A stretch of DNA of 64,000 bases from Ignavibacteria bacterium (GTDB lineage Bacteria > Bacteroidota > Ignavibacteria > UBA10030 > SZUA-254), in contig JACOSX010000129.1 of assembly GCA_016178625.1 (NCBI GenBank), forward strand, positions 3,898 through 67,897. The letters run 5' to 3'. Positions 9,641 through 19,405 of the stretch are shown piece by piece. The notes beneath the pieces are model-generated. The model was given only the letters and a program-made list of their open reading frames with translations, did no database searches and was not told the DNA's origin. Made by a program: the position numbers and the translations under genes. Each line of letters starts with the position of its first letter. Positions within the stretch are counted from its first letter, which is position 1.

Positions 9641-12600
9641 ATGAACCATTTCTACCGTCTTTGCATTGTCATGTTGTGTGTGGTAGTTCTTGTAAGTTCC
9701 GCGCTCGCCTCGGCGAAACGAGACCCAAGAGGGGTTGGCAAACTCCCGAAGGCGATGGTCGCTAAATTAAAACACAAGGAGCCGATTCGAGATTTTCTTG
9801 AGAATGAGGTCAAGCCGTTTACCAAGGAGGCTGCGCAAGCTTCTGTGACGGAGGCTCCGTACACGGGACCTAATTATCGGCTGTCACCCAATGCGACGCC
9901 TTTGAGCGGTGTGAAGAGGATAGGACTCGGCAAAGATTTTCCCAACCTTGCGACTGCCTTTACCTCATTGGATACTAACGGAGTCTCGGGACCCTTAACA
10001 CTACTGCTGTCCGACGCGAGTTACACAGATGCCGGTATCTTTCTCACTGGACCACCGGGCGCCAGCGCAACAAATACAGTTACCATCCAACCGGATTCGA
10101 ATGTCCTCTCTGTTGTGATTGATCTCTATGATTATGCGGGGGCGGGTGGTGGAATGATTTTTAAAGGCGCGCGGTATGTAACGGTTAACGGGACGAGGAA
10201 AAACGGTACTCCTGATTCCCGAGATCTTACGATCCGCTACGCCGCCAGTCAGCCACAGCCGCCTGCTGGCAATGCAGCATTGCGTCTTCGGGATGGCTGC
10301 GGTCATGTCACGATCATGAACTGCTATGTTTACGGTCGCGTTGGATCCACTTCGGCGACGCGCGCCATTCGCATGACTGGAAAACCTAATTCGGATATTT
10401 TGGTCTCCAATTGTCTTATGGGTAACGGGAATCAAGGTTTTGATTCTGATGATGGTAACTTCGTCGATTATGATGTGAACGTCAGGATTGTACACAACCA
10501 GGTCGGAGAGACGTATGGTGCGCATTGTGTCGAAGATGGGATCAGACTTGGTCATTCGATCAATAGCGAAATCGCCTACAACATCGTTGATGGTATTCGG
10601 TACCCCAGCACTTTTCCAGCCGCATCGGTCAGACCGTCGGGGATTCGCACAAGGTTTGTCTTTGCGACGAGCATTCATCATAACATTGTGAACAATGTTC
10701 TCTTCGATCGGACGACAAATACGACAAACCAGGGAAGAGCGTATGGCATCCGACACGCTGGCGACGGTAGGGGCGATGGAACCTCAACAGAGAATATTAT
10801 CTACAACAATTGCATCACCAACATCTTTAGCCGAAATACATCATTCAGCTCACCGGGGATCAACAACTCCTACGGCATTGAGTCGGTGGCTGGTCAGCAA
10901 GATAAGATCTATAATAATTCTATTTACTTGACTGGAAGTGCCTTGGGACCGGGTTTAGCAGTTGGTATTGTTCCTTTTGGGAGTGGGCAAGGCTCGCTTG
11001 CGATCATTGAAAACAATGCGGTGCGAATCGATCGTACGGGAACGGATGGCAATTTTGCACTTGCGCCCTTCGGTCTCAGCACAGGATCGTATGATGACAT
11101 TCAGTTGTCTGAGCATAATGTTCTGAACTCTACTGATTTCGCAACGACGTTTGGAACCTTGTATGATTGGTACGTCGCTTCAGGAAAAGATCTCGCGAGT
11201 ACCGATAACAATCCGTTCTTCCTGAGTGAAGCTGATCTTCATATTGATACAACCCAGCCATCGGCGGTGGCGAGTTTCGGAGCTTCTCTTCCCGAAGTCA
11301 CCGATGACATCGATGGGCAGGCGCGATCAGTTCCAAACCCTGAAGCAGGGTACGATGAATTTACCGGACCGGTGCCCGGTCTTCATGAAGTACAACCTGT
11401 CGATATTATCAATCCACCCCTGTCGGGACTGCCACAAGGCTTACCCTTCGTAGGAGTCAGCGCGAAGTTCAAGAATAACACGACGAGTTCAGAATCCTAC
11501 ACCGCGCGAATGCGCATCCTCGATTCCTCGGGAACTGAGGTCTACAACTCGACGGCGGCTGTGACTGGTCACACGGGTCTTACGTTCATGACCGTCACAT
11601 GGACCGATCCATTTACTCCGTCCATCGGGGCTCTTTATACCTTTATAGCGACATCGGAATTAGGCACTGACGCGCGACCTGAGAACGATACCGTCATGAG
11701 TCAGCGTCCGGCGGTGCCACTCATTGCTGGTCCAGTCTACAAGACGACTTATGAAACTGCGGCAGAGCAATTTGGTTGGTTTGGGACTCAAGATTTTGAA
11801 TTTGGCACACCGGCAAAGGTTATCCTTAATGCGGCTCACAGTGGAGTGAATGCCTGGGTGACGAAACTGAGTGGTAACTACTCTGAAGGTGGAGTCGACA
11901 ATCAAATTTATTCTCCCTTTTTCGACTTCTCTTCAACGACAAAGGGTTATGTAAGCTGGTATCACAGCATGGTAACGGAGCCATCGTGGGACGGGAGTAT
12001 CTTTGAATATTCAATCGATTCGGGAAAGACGTACAAGCGGCTTGCACCGTTTGTGAATGATCCCGATGGTGTTAACTGGTACAGCACCTCGACGTATGCG
12101 AATGCTGCTGGTGATACGAACTGTTTCGATTTCGGTCGATCGATCATTGTGGGATTCTTGCCACCGGGTGTTTTCGGACCGAAATGGACAAGCAATGGCG
12201 TTTGTTCGGGTGCTGATGTCGCTACGGGACCGTACGGTTATGTCTACATCGAGCATAAGCTGCCTCCGGAGGTGTTTGGGAAAACCTATGTGCGGTTCCG
12301 CTACAGTTTCTTCTCCGATGGTTTCGGGGCGGATGAAGGAGTAGCGTTCGATGATTTCAGCATAGACACAGTCGGCGCGGCGAGCAACGCAAGCATCAGC
12401 GGCATGGCATGGATTGACAACAACGGTAATGGAATAAAAGATGCAGGCGAGCTTCCTGATGTCGGACGCGTAATCTTACTCTCCGGGTCCGGGACGGGAA
12501 GGATGGTTACTGATCCTGGAGGTCTTTATAGTTTCACCAGTCTTGCCCCGGGTGTCTACACGGTCGAAGAATCAACGAAAACCGGATGGGCCGTTACAAC

Positions 12601-13915
12601 ACCCCCAGAGAAAGTGTACAACATCAGCCTTTCACCCGGACAAACGGTCAGTGATGCAGACTTCGGAGGTTTCCAGGGAACAATCGGTGGAACGGTCTAT
12701 AACGATATCACTGTGAATGGCGCCAAAGATTCCGGTGACCCCCCGCTAAGTAACTGGCGTGTGAGGTTGCTTGTTGGATCGACTGAGGTGGACAACCAGC
12801 TCACGAACACCAGTGGAGACTACCAATTCTCAGTCGGGCCCGGAACGTATACGATCCAAGAGGATGTTCAAGACGGGTGGAAACAATCCGCACCACCCGG
12901 ATTTGAGTACACCGATCTCCATATCGACACGGTGACCGGTTCCTCGAGCATCGCCGGAAAAGACTTCGGCAATTACAAACTTGGTAGAGTGCAAGGTGTT
13001 GTGTTCAACGATGTCAACGGCAACGGAATCCAAAATGCACCAACCGATCTTGGCTCGATTGGATTCGTTGTGAAACTCTTCAAGGGTAGTGTGTTGGTCG
13101 ATACGGCACTCACTTCATCGACGTCGTTCTTCACCAATTTTGATATCGAGAAAATCGATACAGGTCGCTATACGCTCTCGCAGGTTCCGCGTTCCGGATA
13201 TGTTCAGACCGCACCTTCGGGCGGCGGATCGTTCTCGCTTACGTTCGATAGCAGTGGACAATTCTTTACCAAAAGGCTGTTTGGGAATTTCCGTTTGGGC
13301 TCGATCAGTGGCAAAGTAGCGATCGATATCAATCGAAATGGGATTCTCGATCCGCAGGATACGATCCCGCTTGTCAGTTGGCGCATTCGGCTGGTGAAAG
13401 ACTCGGTCCAAGTTGATAGCGTGTTGACCAGCAGTAGCGGAGGTTACGCGTTCTCGAACCTCGGTCCGGCGACGTACAAAGTCAGCATTGTCACGCAGAG
13501 TGGGTGGACTCAAACGTTACCTGCTGCACAAGCACCGTACACCGTGACGATGTCGAGCGGTGCCTCTGTCACGAATCAAAATTTCGGAATTACGCTTGTG
13601 ACCACAGCAGTCGGCACTGGCGAAGAGCTTCCAAAGGAGTTCGCCCTCCACCAGAATTATCCGAATCCATTCAACCCGGTCACGATGATCAAGTTTGATC
13701 TTCCAAAGACTTCAACTGTCGGGCTGAGTGTCTATAATGTTCTCGGACAGCAGGTTGCCGTGCTTGTTGCGAACGACCGATTCATGCCGGGACGTTACGT
13801 TGAGCCCTTTAACGGTGGAAATTTCCCGAGTGGTTTATATTTCTATCGGATTGAGGCTGTCGCAGAAGATGGTGAAGTCTTTACGCAGGTGCTGAAGATG
13901 ATGTTGCTGAAGTAA
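9641..13915 (+). CDS. Large T9SS-secreted protein (beta-helix, beta-sandwich domains, 4 SdrD B-like repeats, C-terminal sorting domain)
   Basis: AGGAGGA SD before ATG 9641; signal peptide; N/I-rich beta-helix repeats; four (I/V)xGxxxxDxxxNG repeats; C-terminal FALHQNYPNPFNP...GLYFYRI...KMMLLK. Confidence 0.85.
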   Translation: MNHFYRLCIVMLCVVVLVSSALASAKRDPRGVGKLPKAMVAKLKHKEPIRDFLENEVKPFTKEAAQASVTEAPYTGPNYRLSPNATPLSGVKRIGLGKDFPNLATAFTSLDTNGVSGPLTLLLSDASYTDAGIFLTGPPGASATNTVTIQPDSNVLSVVIDLYDYAGAGGGMIFKGARYVTVNGTRKNGTPDSRDLTIRYAASQPQPPAGNAALRLRDGCGHVTIMNCYVYGRVGSTSATRAIRMTGKPNSDILVSNCLMGNGNQGFDSDDGNFVDYDVNVRIVHNQVGETYGAHCVEDGIRLGHSINSEIAYNIVDGIRYPSTFPAASVRPSGIRTRFVFATSIHHNIVNNVLFDRTTNTTNQGRAYGIRHAGDGRGDGTSTENIIYNNCITNIFSRNTSFSSPGINNSYGIESVAGQQDKIYNNSIYLTGSALGPGLAVGIVPFGSGQGSLAIIENNAVRIDRTGTDGNFALAPFGLSTGSYDDIQLSEHNVLNSTDFATTFGTLYDWYVASGKDLASTDNNPFFLSEADLHIDTTQPSAVASFGASLPEVTDDIDGQARSVPNPEAGYDEFTGPVPGLHEVQPVDIINPPLSGLPQGLPFVGVSAKFKNNTTSSESYTARMRILDSSGTEVYNSTAAVTGHTGLTFMTVTWTDPFTPSIGALYTFIATSELGTDARPENDTVMSQRPAVPLIAGPVYKTTYETAAEQFGWFGTQDFEFGTPAKVILNAAHSGVNAWVTKLSGNYSEGGVDNQIYSPFFDFSSTTKGYVSWYHSMVTEPSWDGSIFEYSIDSGKTYKRLAPFVNDPDGVNWYSTSTYANAAGDTNCFDFGRSIIVGFLPPGVFGPKWTSNGVCSGADVATGPYGYVYIEHKLPPEVFGKTYVRFRYSFFSDGFGADEGVAFDDFSIDTVGAASNASISGMAWIDNNGNGIKDAGELPDVGRVILLSGSGTGRMVTDPGGLYSFTSLAPGVYTVEESTKTGWAVTTPPEKVYNISLSPGQTVSDADFGGFQGTIGGTVYNDITVNGAKDSGDPPLSNWRVRLLVGSTEVDNQLTNTSGDYQFSVGPGTYTIQEDVQDGWKQSAPPGFEYTDLHIDTVTGSSSIAGKDFGNYKLGRVQGVVFNDVNGNGIQNAPTDLGSIGFVVKLFKGSVLVDTALTSSTSFFTNFDIEKIDTGRYTLSQVPRSGYVQTAPSGGGSFSLTFDSSGQFFTKRLFGNFRLGSISGKVAIDINRNGILDPQDTIPLVSWRIRLVKDSVQVDSVLTSSSGGYAFSNLGPATYKVSIVTQSGWTQTLPAAQAPYTVTMSSGASVTNQNFGITLVTTAVGTGEELPKEFALHQNYPNPFNPVTMIKFDLPKTSTVGLSVYNVLGQQVAVLVANDRFMPGRYVEPFNGGNFPSGLYFYRIEAVAEDGEVFTQVLKMMLLK

Positions 13916-13942
13916 GTACGAAGATTTTTCAGCATTTGAGCG

Positions 13943-13978
13943 AGCAAAGAGCACCGATGTCGGTGCTCTTTGCTTTTA
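13943..13978 (+). terminator. Intrinsic terminator
   Basis: Perfect 15-bp inverted repeat agcaaagagcaccga/tcggtgctctttgct ending in a T run. Confidence 0.85.
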
Positions 13979-13981
13979 TCC

Positions 13982-14010
13982 TTGACAACCCCAAAGGAAA
14001 CCCCTATATT
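13982..14010 (+). promoter_or_regulatory. Sigma70-type promoter for spmAB
   Basis: TTGACA-17 nt-TATATT, 28 nt upstream of the ATG. Confidence 0.7.
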
Positions 14011-14037
14011 GACATCGTTAAAATCTGAGACTAAGAA

Positions 14038-15054
14038 ATGCTGAACTACATCTGGCTCGCGTTGGTCGTCATCGGCATCGGTGTCGCTGTATGGAGCGAT
14101 GTGCACGATCTATCGACGAACAAGTACCACAATGGAGAGTATCTGCAAGCCTCAATCCAGAATTCTCCTTCAGCGGACTCTCTCTCTAGCCGATTGGAAT
14201 CATATCCAATCACACTTGTCATTGTGCCTGCAGATTTTAACTCAATGTACGGAACGAATATCGCGGATATGATTCGGTTCACGGCTGAAATATTTCCGAC
14301 GAAGCGAAGATCTGATGAGCCCGATACCTATCTGCCTGAGTTCGGGGGGATCCTCCACATCATCGTGAATGACCGAACGCCAAGTATCTGGAAAGAAATT
14401 TATAAGCTTCAAAAGAATCAGGATTTTTTGTTGGCGCGCTATATCGAGTTGCTACGGGATCCGCGCAATCATCGAATCAAGCTGACCCTCGATCCAGTAA
14501 AATTCGTCAAGCTCAACGCCGTCACCAACGACGGTATCATCAAGTACGCCAAAACTGCGGTTGAACTTGCGATTGCTCTTATCGGAATTATGGCGCTCTG
14601 GCTTGGCATCATGAAGATCGGCGAGCAATCCGGGTTGGTCTCTAAACTTGGAAGCCTTCTTAAGCCTATTACCACTAGACTCTTCCCCGATGTTCCCGCG
14701 GATCATCCCGCAATGGGGGCTATGATCATGAACATCTCGGCAAATATGCTCGGACTAATGAATGCCGCCACACCGCTCGGCCTTAAAGCGATGGAAGAAC
14801 TAAACAAACTCAACAAGAAAGGCGGGACAGCTACCGATGCGATGTGTACGTTCCTCGTCATCAATACGAGTAATGTTCAACTCATTCCAGCAACAGTCAT
14901 CGCGATCCGTGCGGCGGCAGGTTCCGCCAGCCCGACGGAGATTTTGGGACCTGTTATCGTTGCCACGATCATCACGCTCATTGTCGGAGTGACGACAGCG
15001 AAACTCATGGCGATGCTTCCCATGTATAAACGGCAGCTCACTGGATTGGAGTAA
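14038..15054 (+). CDS. spmA: SpmA-like nucleoside-recognition (Gate) membrane protein with an inserted extracytoplasmic domain
   Basis: MLNYIW N-terminus; LWLGIMKI, RLFPDVP.DHPA, NMLGL.NAATPLGLKAM and FLVINTS.VQLIP motifs. Confidence 0.85.
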   Translation: MLNYIWLALVVIGIGVAVWSDVHDLSTNKYHNGEYLQASIQNSPSADSLSSRLESYPITLVIVPADFNSMYGTNIADMIRFTAEIFPTKRRSDEPDTYLPEFGGILHIIVNDRTPSIWKEIYKLQKNQDFLLARYIELLRDPRNHRIKLTLDPVKFVKLNAVTNDGIIKYAKTAVELAIALIGIMALWLGIMKIGEQSGLVSKLGSLLKPITTRLFPDVPADHPAMGAMIMNISANMLGLMNAATPLGLKAMEELNKLNKKGGTATDAMCTFLVINTSNVQLIPATVIAIRAAAGSASPTEILGPVIVATIITLIVGVTTAKLMAMLPMYKRQLTGLE

Positions 15055-15056
15055 CC

Positions 15057-15599
15057 GTGCAGACAGTGGTCAGCATTATCGACATCATCTCAATCATTGC
15101 GATCCCCTCTCTCGTTCTCTTCATTGTTGTCTACGGCGCGGTCAAGAAGGTCAAGATCTACGAAGCGTTCGTGGAAGGAGCGAAGGAAGGATTCAACGTT
15201 GGAGTTCGCATCATCCCATACCTTGTTGCAATGCTTGTGGCGATTGGGATTTTCCGCGCAGGCGGGGCGATGGAGATCCTCGCGTCTATTCTCTCGCCGT
15301 TGACGAAACTCATTGGGATGCCCGCCGAGGCGCTGCCGATGGCAATCATCAGACCGTTGTCCGGTAGCGGCGCTCTCGGTGTTATGTCTGAGATCATCAA
15401 GTCGCATGGTCCTGATTCTCTCATCGGCAGGATGGTCTCGGTGATGATGGGAAGCAGCGAAACGACATTCTACGTGCTGGCTGTGTATTTCGGTTCTGTT
15501 GGCATTACAAAGACACGGCAGGCAGTCCCAGCGGGCATCGTTGCTGATGTTGTTGCGATTCTGATGTCGGTCTGGCTCACAAACATTATCTTCGGATGA
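15057..15599 (+). CDS. spmB: SpmB-like membrane protein
   Basis: YEAFVEGAKEG, IIPYLVAML, RPLSGSG and GSSETTFYVLAVYFG motifs; directly follows spmA. Confidence 0.9.
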   Translation: MQTVVSIIDIISIIAIPSLVLFIVVYGAVKKVKIYEAFVEGAKEGFNVGVRIIPYLVAMLVAIGIFRAGGAMEILASILSPLTKLIGMPAEALPMAIIRPLSGSGALGVMSEIIKSHGPDSLIGRMVSVMMGSSETTFYVLAVYFGSVGITKTRQAVPAGIVADVVAILMSVWLTNIIFG

Positions 15600-15698
15600 T
15601 CCTTTAGTAGGAACGATGGTTCAGTGGTGAAGAATTGGAATCCATGACACATCAGAGGCTGAGATGACTAATATCCCGTCATATTGTGGTGAAGTGAC

Positions 15699-16151
15699 AT
15701 GATAAAGTATCTTCGATTTGCAGCCTTATTGCCTCTATTTTTTCTCCTCCTCTTCGTGTGTGAGAAAAAACCCCAACCCTGCCCGACGTGTAACGGCATA
15801 GGAAAGGTAACACATTCAGAGAATATCCAATTACCATTCGAGATTACAACGTGCAACGTGACAGATAAAGGGTTCTTCGATCCCGATTACTTTGCAGATG
15901 TCACGGTTGAGAATAAAGGAGATGAAGATGGTACATTCATTGTATTCGTTGATTTTGAGTATCAAGGTATCGGACCACATACTGAACAATCCGAGATCTT
16001 TATCAAAGCACATTCTCAAGCAACGAAGCAGATTCACTACGATCCAGACAAGAAAGCCGACAAGTCTGGCTGCAGAGTGAGTGCGCCGACGGTGATTCAC
16101 ACAACCCAAACACCCTGTCTTACATGTCAAGGAGGTGGTGTCGTGAAATAG
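15699..16151 (+). CDS. Small exported protein or lipoprotein with two CxxCxGxG motifs flanking an Ig-like domain
   Basis: Hydrophobic leader ending LFVC; CPTCNGIG near the N-terminus and CLTCQGGG at the C-terminus. Confidence 0.7.
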   Translation: MIKYLRFAALLPLFFLLLFVCEKKPQPCPTCNGIGKVTHSENIQLPFEITTCNVTDKGFFDPDYFADVTVENKGDEDGTFIVFVDFEYQGIGPHTEQSEIFIKAHSQATKQIHYDPDKKADKSGCRVSAPTVIHTTQTPCLTCQGGGVVK

Positions 16152-16197
16152 AAGTGACCTCTTGAGATCATTTTCTCCCAGGTTCACCTAAGGGGGC

Positions 16198-16226
16198 TTG
16201 ATTTTAATAACTCGCTTACCTATATT
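16198..16226 (+). promoter_or_regulatory. Sigma70-type promoter for the PRODH-OPT operon
   Basis: TTGATT-17 nt-TATATT. Confidence 0.55.
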
Positions 16227-16295
16227 CACCAAACCATAATCTTCAGTCCGATCGGATGACAGAAGAGTGGATGCTAAGCGCCTCCTCATCACATA

Positions 16296-17213
16296 ATGAC
16301 AATGAATGTCTTGAATAAGCTGATCGTCGCAACACTTCCTGTAGTTCCAAAACCTATCATTAGAAAATTTGCAAGTCGTTATATCGCCGGCGAAGAAATC
16401 ACCCATGCAGTCCAGACGGTCAGGCAACTCAACAAGGAAGGCATCATGGCGACGCTCGATGTCCTGGGCGAGGATATTCACCATCGCGAGGAAGCCGTTA
16501 CCGCGCGCACGATGATCATTGAAGTCTTGCAGTCCATCGATCAAGAGCGCCTTGATTCGAATGTTTCTCTGAAGCTCACACAATTAGGGCTGAAGCTTGG
16601 TAAAGAGTTTTGTCTTGAAAATACACACCACATCGTCGCTCGTGCAAGAGAGTTGAATAACTTTATCCGCGTTGATATGGAGGATTCTTCCTGCACCGAT
16701 GATACGATTTGGATCTACCGGGAACTACGGAGGGAGTTCTCGAATGTCGGTATTGTATTGCAGGCGTATCTGAAACGAACCAGGAATGACGCCGAAGCGA
16801 TGATGAGGAACGGATTGAAGAATTTCCGTCTTTGCAAAGGGATCTACATTGAGTCGGAAGAGATCGCGTTCAAGACGAAGCAAGGGATCAATGAAAACTA
16901 TCGGCAGGTTCTTGAAGAGATGTTGCATCAGAAGGCGTATGTCGGGATCGCAACGCATGACAGTGAATTAATTGACGCTGCCTACGAGATCATTGAAACA
17001 TTAAAGCTCCAGAAGACAGACTATGAGTTCCAGATGTTGCTCGGTGTTCGACCTGAACTGCGATCAAAACTTGTGCGCGATGGGCATCGCGTCCGCATCT
17101 ATGTGCCGTTCGGCAAACAGTGGTATCAATATTCTATCAGGCGTTTTAAGGAAAATCCGCAGATAGCGGGATATGTCTTTAAAGCATTATTTACCGGGAA
17201 TCAACTTAATTAA
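16296..17213 (+). CDS. Monofunctional proline dehydrogenase
   Basis: RYIAGE, LDVLGE, SLKLTQLG, VDMEDS, VLQAYL, RLCKGIY, IATHD, EFQMLLG and YVPFG..W..YS.RR motifs. Confidence 0.93.
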   Translation: MTMNVLNKLIVATLPVVPKPIIRKFASRYIAGEEITHAVQTVRQLNKEGIMATLDVLGEDIHHREEAVTARTMIIEVLQSIDQERLDSNVSLKLTQLGLKLGKEFCLENTHHIVARARELNNFIRVDMEDSSCTDDTIWIYRELRREFSNVGIVLQAYLKRTRNDAEAMMRNGLKNFRLCKGIYIESEEIAFKTKQGINENYRQVLEEMLHQKAYVGIATHDSELIDAAYEIIETLKLQKTDYEFQMLLGVRPELRSKLVRDGHRVRIYVPFGKQWYQYSIRRFKENPQIAGYVFKALFTGNQLN

Positions 17214-17249
17214 TCGTCCACATTTGCGCCACATTTAGAGGAGTACTCT

Positions 17250-19286
17250 ATGGCTGAGACAGATATCGAATCCACGCACAAGCCGTTCGTCCCGGAAACC
17301 GTCAGCATGACGGAATTCACGGTCCGTGCAGTGATACCGGGACTGATCATGACTCTTGTTTTAGGTGCAGCCAACGCCTATCTGGGATTACGAGCGGGTC
17401 AGACGATTGCAGCGACGTACCCTGCGGCGGTTATCAGCATGGCCATATTGCGATTACGCCGTGGTTCGATCCTTGAAGAGAACCTTGCTCGTACGGCTGG
17501 CTCGATTGGTGAATCGGTCGCAGCCGGCGCGATTTTCACATTGCCCGCCTTTCTCATTGCTGGAGTATGGCCCTCATTTGCACCCGGGGACGCCTACTGG
17601 AAGTCAACGGCCTTGATGGTTGTGGGCGGTATCCTCGGAGTGTTGTTCTGCTCACTCGTTCGTCGTGTCATGGTAGAGGATCGTACACTGCCGTTCCCGG
17701 AATCCGTTGCCGCTTCTGAGATTCATAAGGCCGGGCAAGTAGGGGCGCAAGCTGCGAAACACCTGTTCCGAAGTATGGGTGTCGGTGCGGTAACATTCCT
17801 CGCCGGTGCGTTTAATTTTTTTGCTCCCGATAGGGACTTCATCATTCGTGTGGGTGAAGTTGGAACGAGCAAGATCAAACTGGGAGCGAGTGCTACTGCA
17901 CCCGCTGTAGGTACTGGCGGTGTCACATTGTTCGCGGCACCCACCATTAGCCCCGCATATCTCGGCGTCGGTTACATCATCGGCCCTGAACTTGCTGCTC
18001 TCAACTTCTCAGGAGGAGTTATAGCGTGGGGACTTATGGTGCCGCTCATCATTTACCTTCTCGGCCCGCAGTTACAGAATATTCTTCCCCCCGGCGCAGG
18101 TGACGCAGGATGGGAAGGGATGGTTATCTCCGTTTGGCGATTCATCGTTCGTCCGATCGCCGTGGGCGGGATGCTTGTCGGCACGACTTATACACTGTAC
18201 CGCAGGCGCAAAAGTATTTTCGGAGGGCTGGCAAAAGCCTTCGCCGAGTTGCGAGGACCGACTCCTGAGCCTGCAAGCGTAACCCGCACCGAGCGCTACA
18301 TGAGCTCGAAAACGGTCTTCGGATTGATCGGCATAACGTTCATCATGATGGTGGCGCTGTACATCTCCATGTCGGATCTCGTGTTGGGTGGGATCGTGGC
18401 AGCCGTTGTCATGCTGATCGCTGGGTTCTTCTTTGCAACTGTGTCAGGCTACTTGGTTGGCCTGATCGGTTCTTCGAACAACCCGATTTCCGGGCTGACG
18501 CTGTCTACACTCATCGTGGCTGCATTGTTGATGGTCGCGCTCGGCGTGTCGGGCACAAGTGGTGTGATCGCTGTGCTGGGCGTCGCTTCGGTTGTCTGCG
18601 TCTCCGCGGCGGTTGCGGGAGAACTTCTTCAAGATTTCAAGGTCGGTTATATATTGGGTGGAACCCCACGGACCATTCAGATCGTCGAACTGATCGCAGT
18701 CGTTTGTGCAAGCTTACTCATGTACTTTCCCCTTATGGTTCTGCATCAGGGGAATATCAATGCCGGCGGGATCGGATTTGGAGACAAGGCACTCCCGGCT
18801 CCTCAGGCTGGCCTTATGGCGGCACTTGCGAAAGGGATCGTGGGAGGGGAGATGCCTTGGCCTCTGATCGTGGTGGGAATCCTTCTGGGTGTTGCAATGA
18901 TTTTGGTGAAGGTGAAGAGTCCCATGCTCGTGGCTGTCGGCATGTATTTGCCGCTCGCCACGACCTCCGCAATCTTTGTCGGCGGCGTTATTCGATGGAT
19001 GACGGATACTATGCGCGACAGAAAGGGATTCAATGACGCGCAGAAGAGGCGCGTGGAAAACGTCGGTGTCCTTGTGGCATCAGGACTGATTGCCGGAGAG
19101 GCGTTGGTCGGTCTGATAACCGCCACCTTCAACTTCTTCAACATAAAAATACCGGGTGTTTTCGAGTCCCCGACGTACCTGGTCGGACTGGTCGTCTTGC
19201 TGCTGCTGGCATATGCCCTCATCAAAATTCCGCTTGCAAACGCGGGGAGACCCGACGAGCCGGCACCACCTGCGGCCATCATGTAA
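17250..19286 (+). CDS. OPT-family oligopeptide transporter
   Basis: ANAYLGLRAG, IFTLPA, LPFPE, GSSNNPISG, LLQDFKVG and APQAGLM motifs; many TM helices. Confidence 0.92.
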   Translation: MAETDIESTHKPFVPETVSMTEFTVRAVIPGLIMTLVLGAANAYLGLRAGQTIAATYPAAVISMAILRLRRGSILEENLARTAGSIGESVAAGAIFTLPAFLIAGVWPSFAPGDAYWKSTALMVVGGILGVLFCSLVRRVMVEDRTLPFPESVAASEIHKAGQVGAQAAKHLFRSMGVGAVTFLAGAFNFFAPDRDFIIRVGEVGTSKIKLGASATAPAVGTGGVTLFAAPTISPAYLGVGYIIGPELAALNFSGGVIAWGLMVPLIIYLLGPQLQNILPPGAGDAGWEGMVISVWRFIVRPIAVGGMLVGTTYTLYRRRKSIFGGLAKAFAELRGPTPEPASVTRTERYMSSKTVFGLIGITFIMMVALYISMSDLVLGGIVAAVVMLIAGFFFATVSGYLVGLIGSSNNPISGLTLSTLIVAALLMVALGVSGTSGVIAVLGVASVVCVSAAVAGELLQDFKVGYILGGTPRTIQIVELIAVVCASLLMYFPLMVLHQGNINAGGIGFGDKALPAPQAGLMAALAKGIVGGEMPWPLIVVGILLGVAMILVKVKSPMLVAVGMYLPLATTSAIFVGGVIRWMTDTMRDRKGFNDAQKRRVENVGVLVASGLIAGEALVGLITATFNFFNIKIPGVFESPTYLVGLVVLLLLAYALIKIPLANAGRPDEPAPPAAIM

Positions 19287-19405
19287 ACTGAGCTACCGCA
19301 GTCCATCGCGGAGATGGAACAAAAAGCTCAGCGCTTGTTCGGACGACGATACCGTTGCGATATGGTTAGTACGTAGTTTCAATCACATAATAATGGAGTG
19401 ACTAT

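Noticed and set aside
16240-16268. FMN-riboswitch-like 3' fragment (agtccgatcggatgacagaag)
   Set aside because: The conserved 5' half is absent and the downstream gene is PRODH; this is only a small hairpin.
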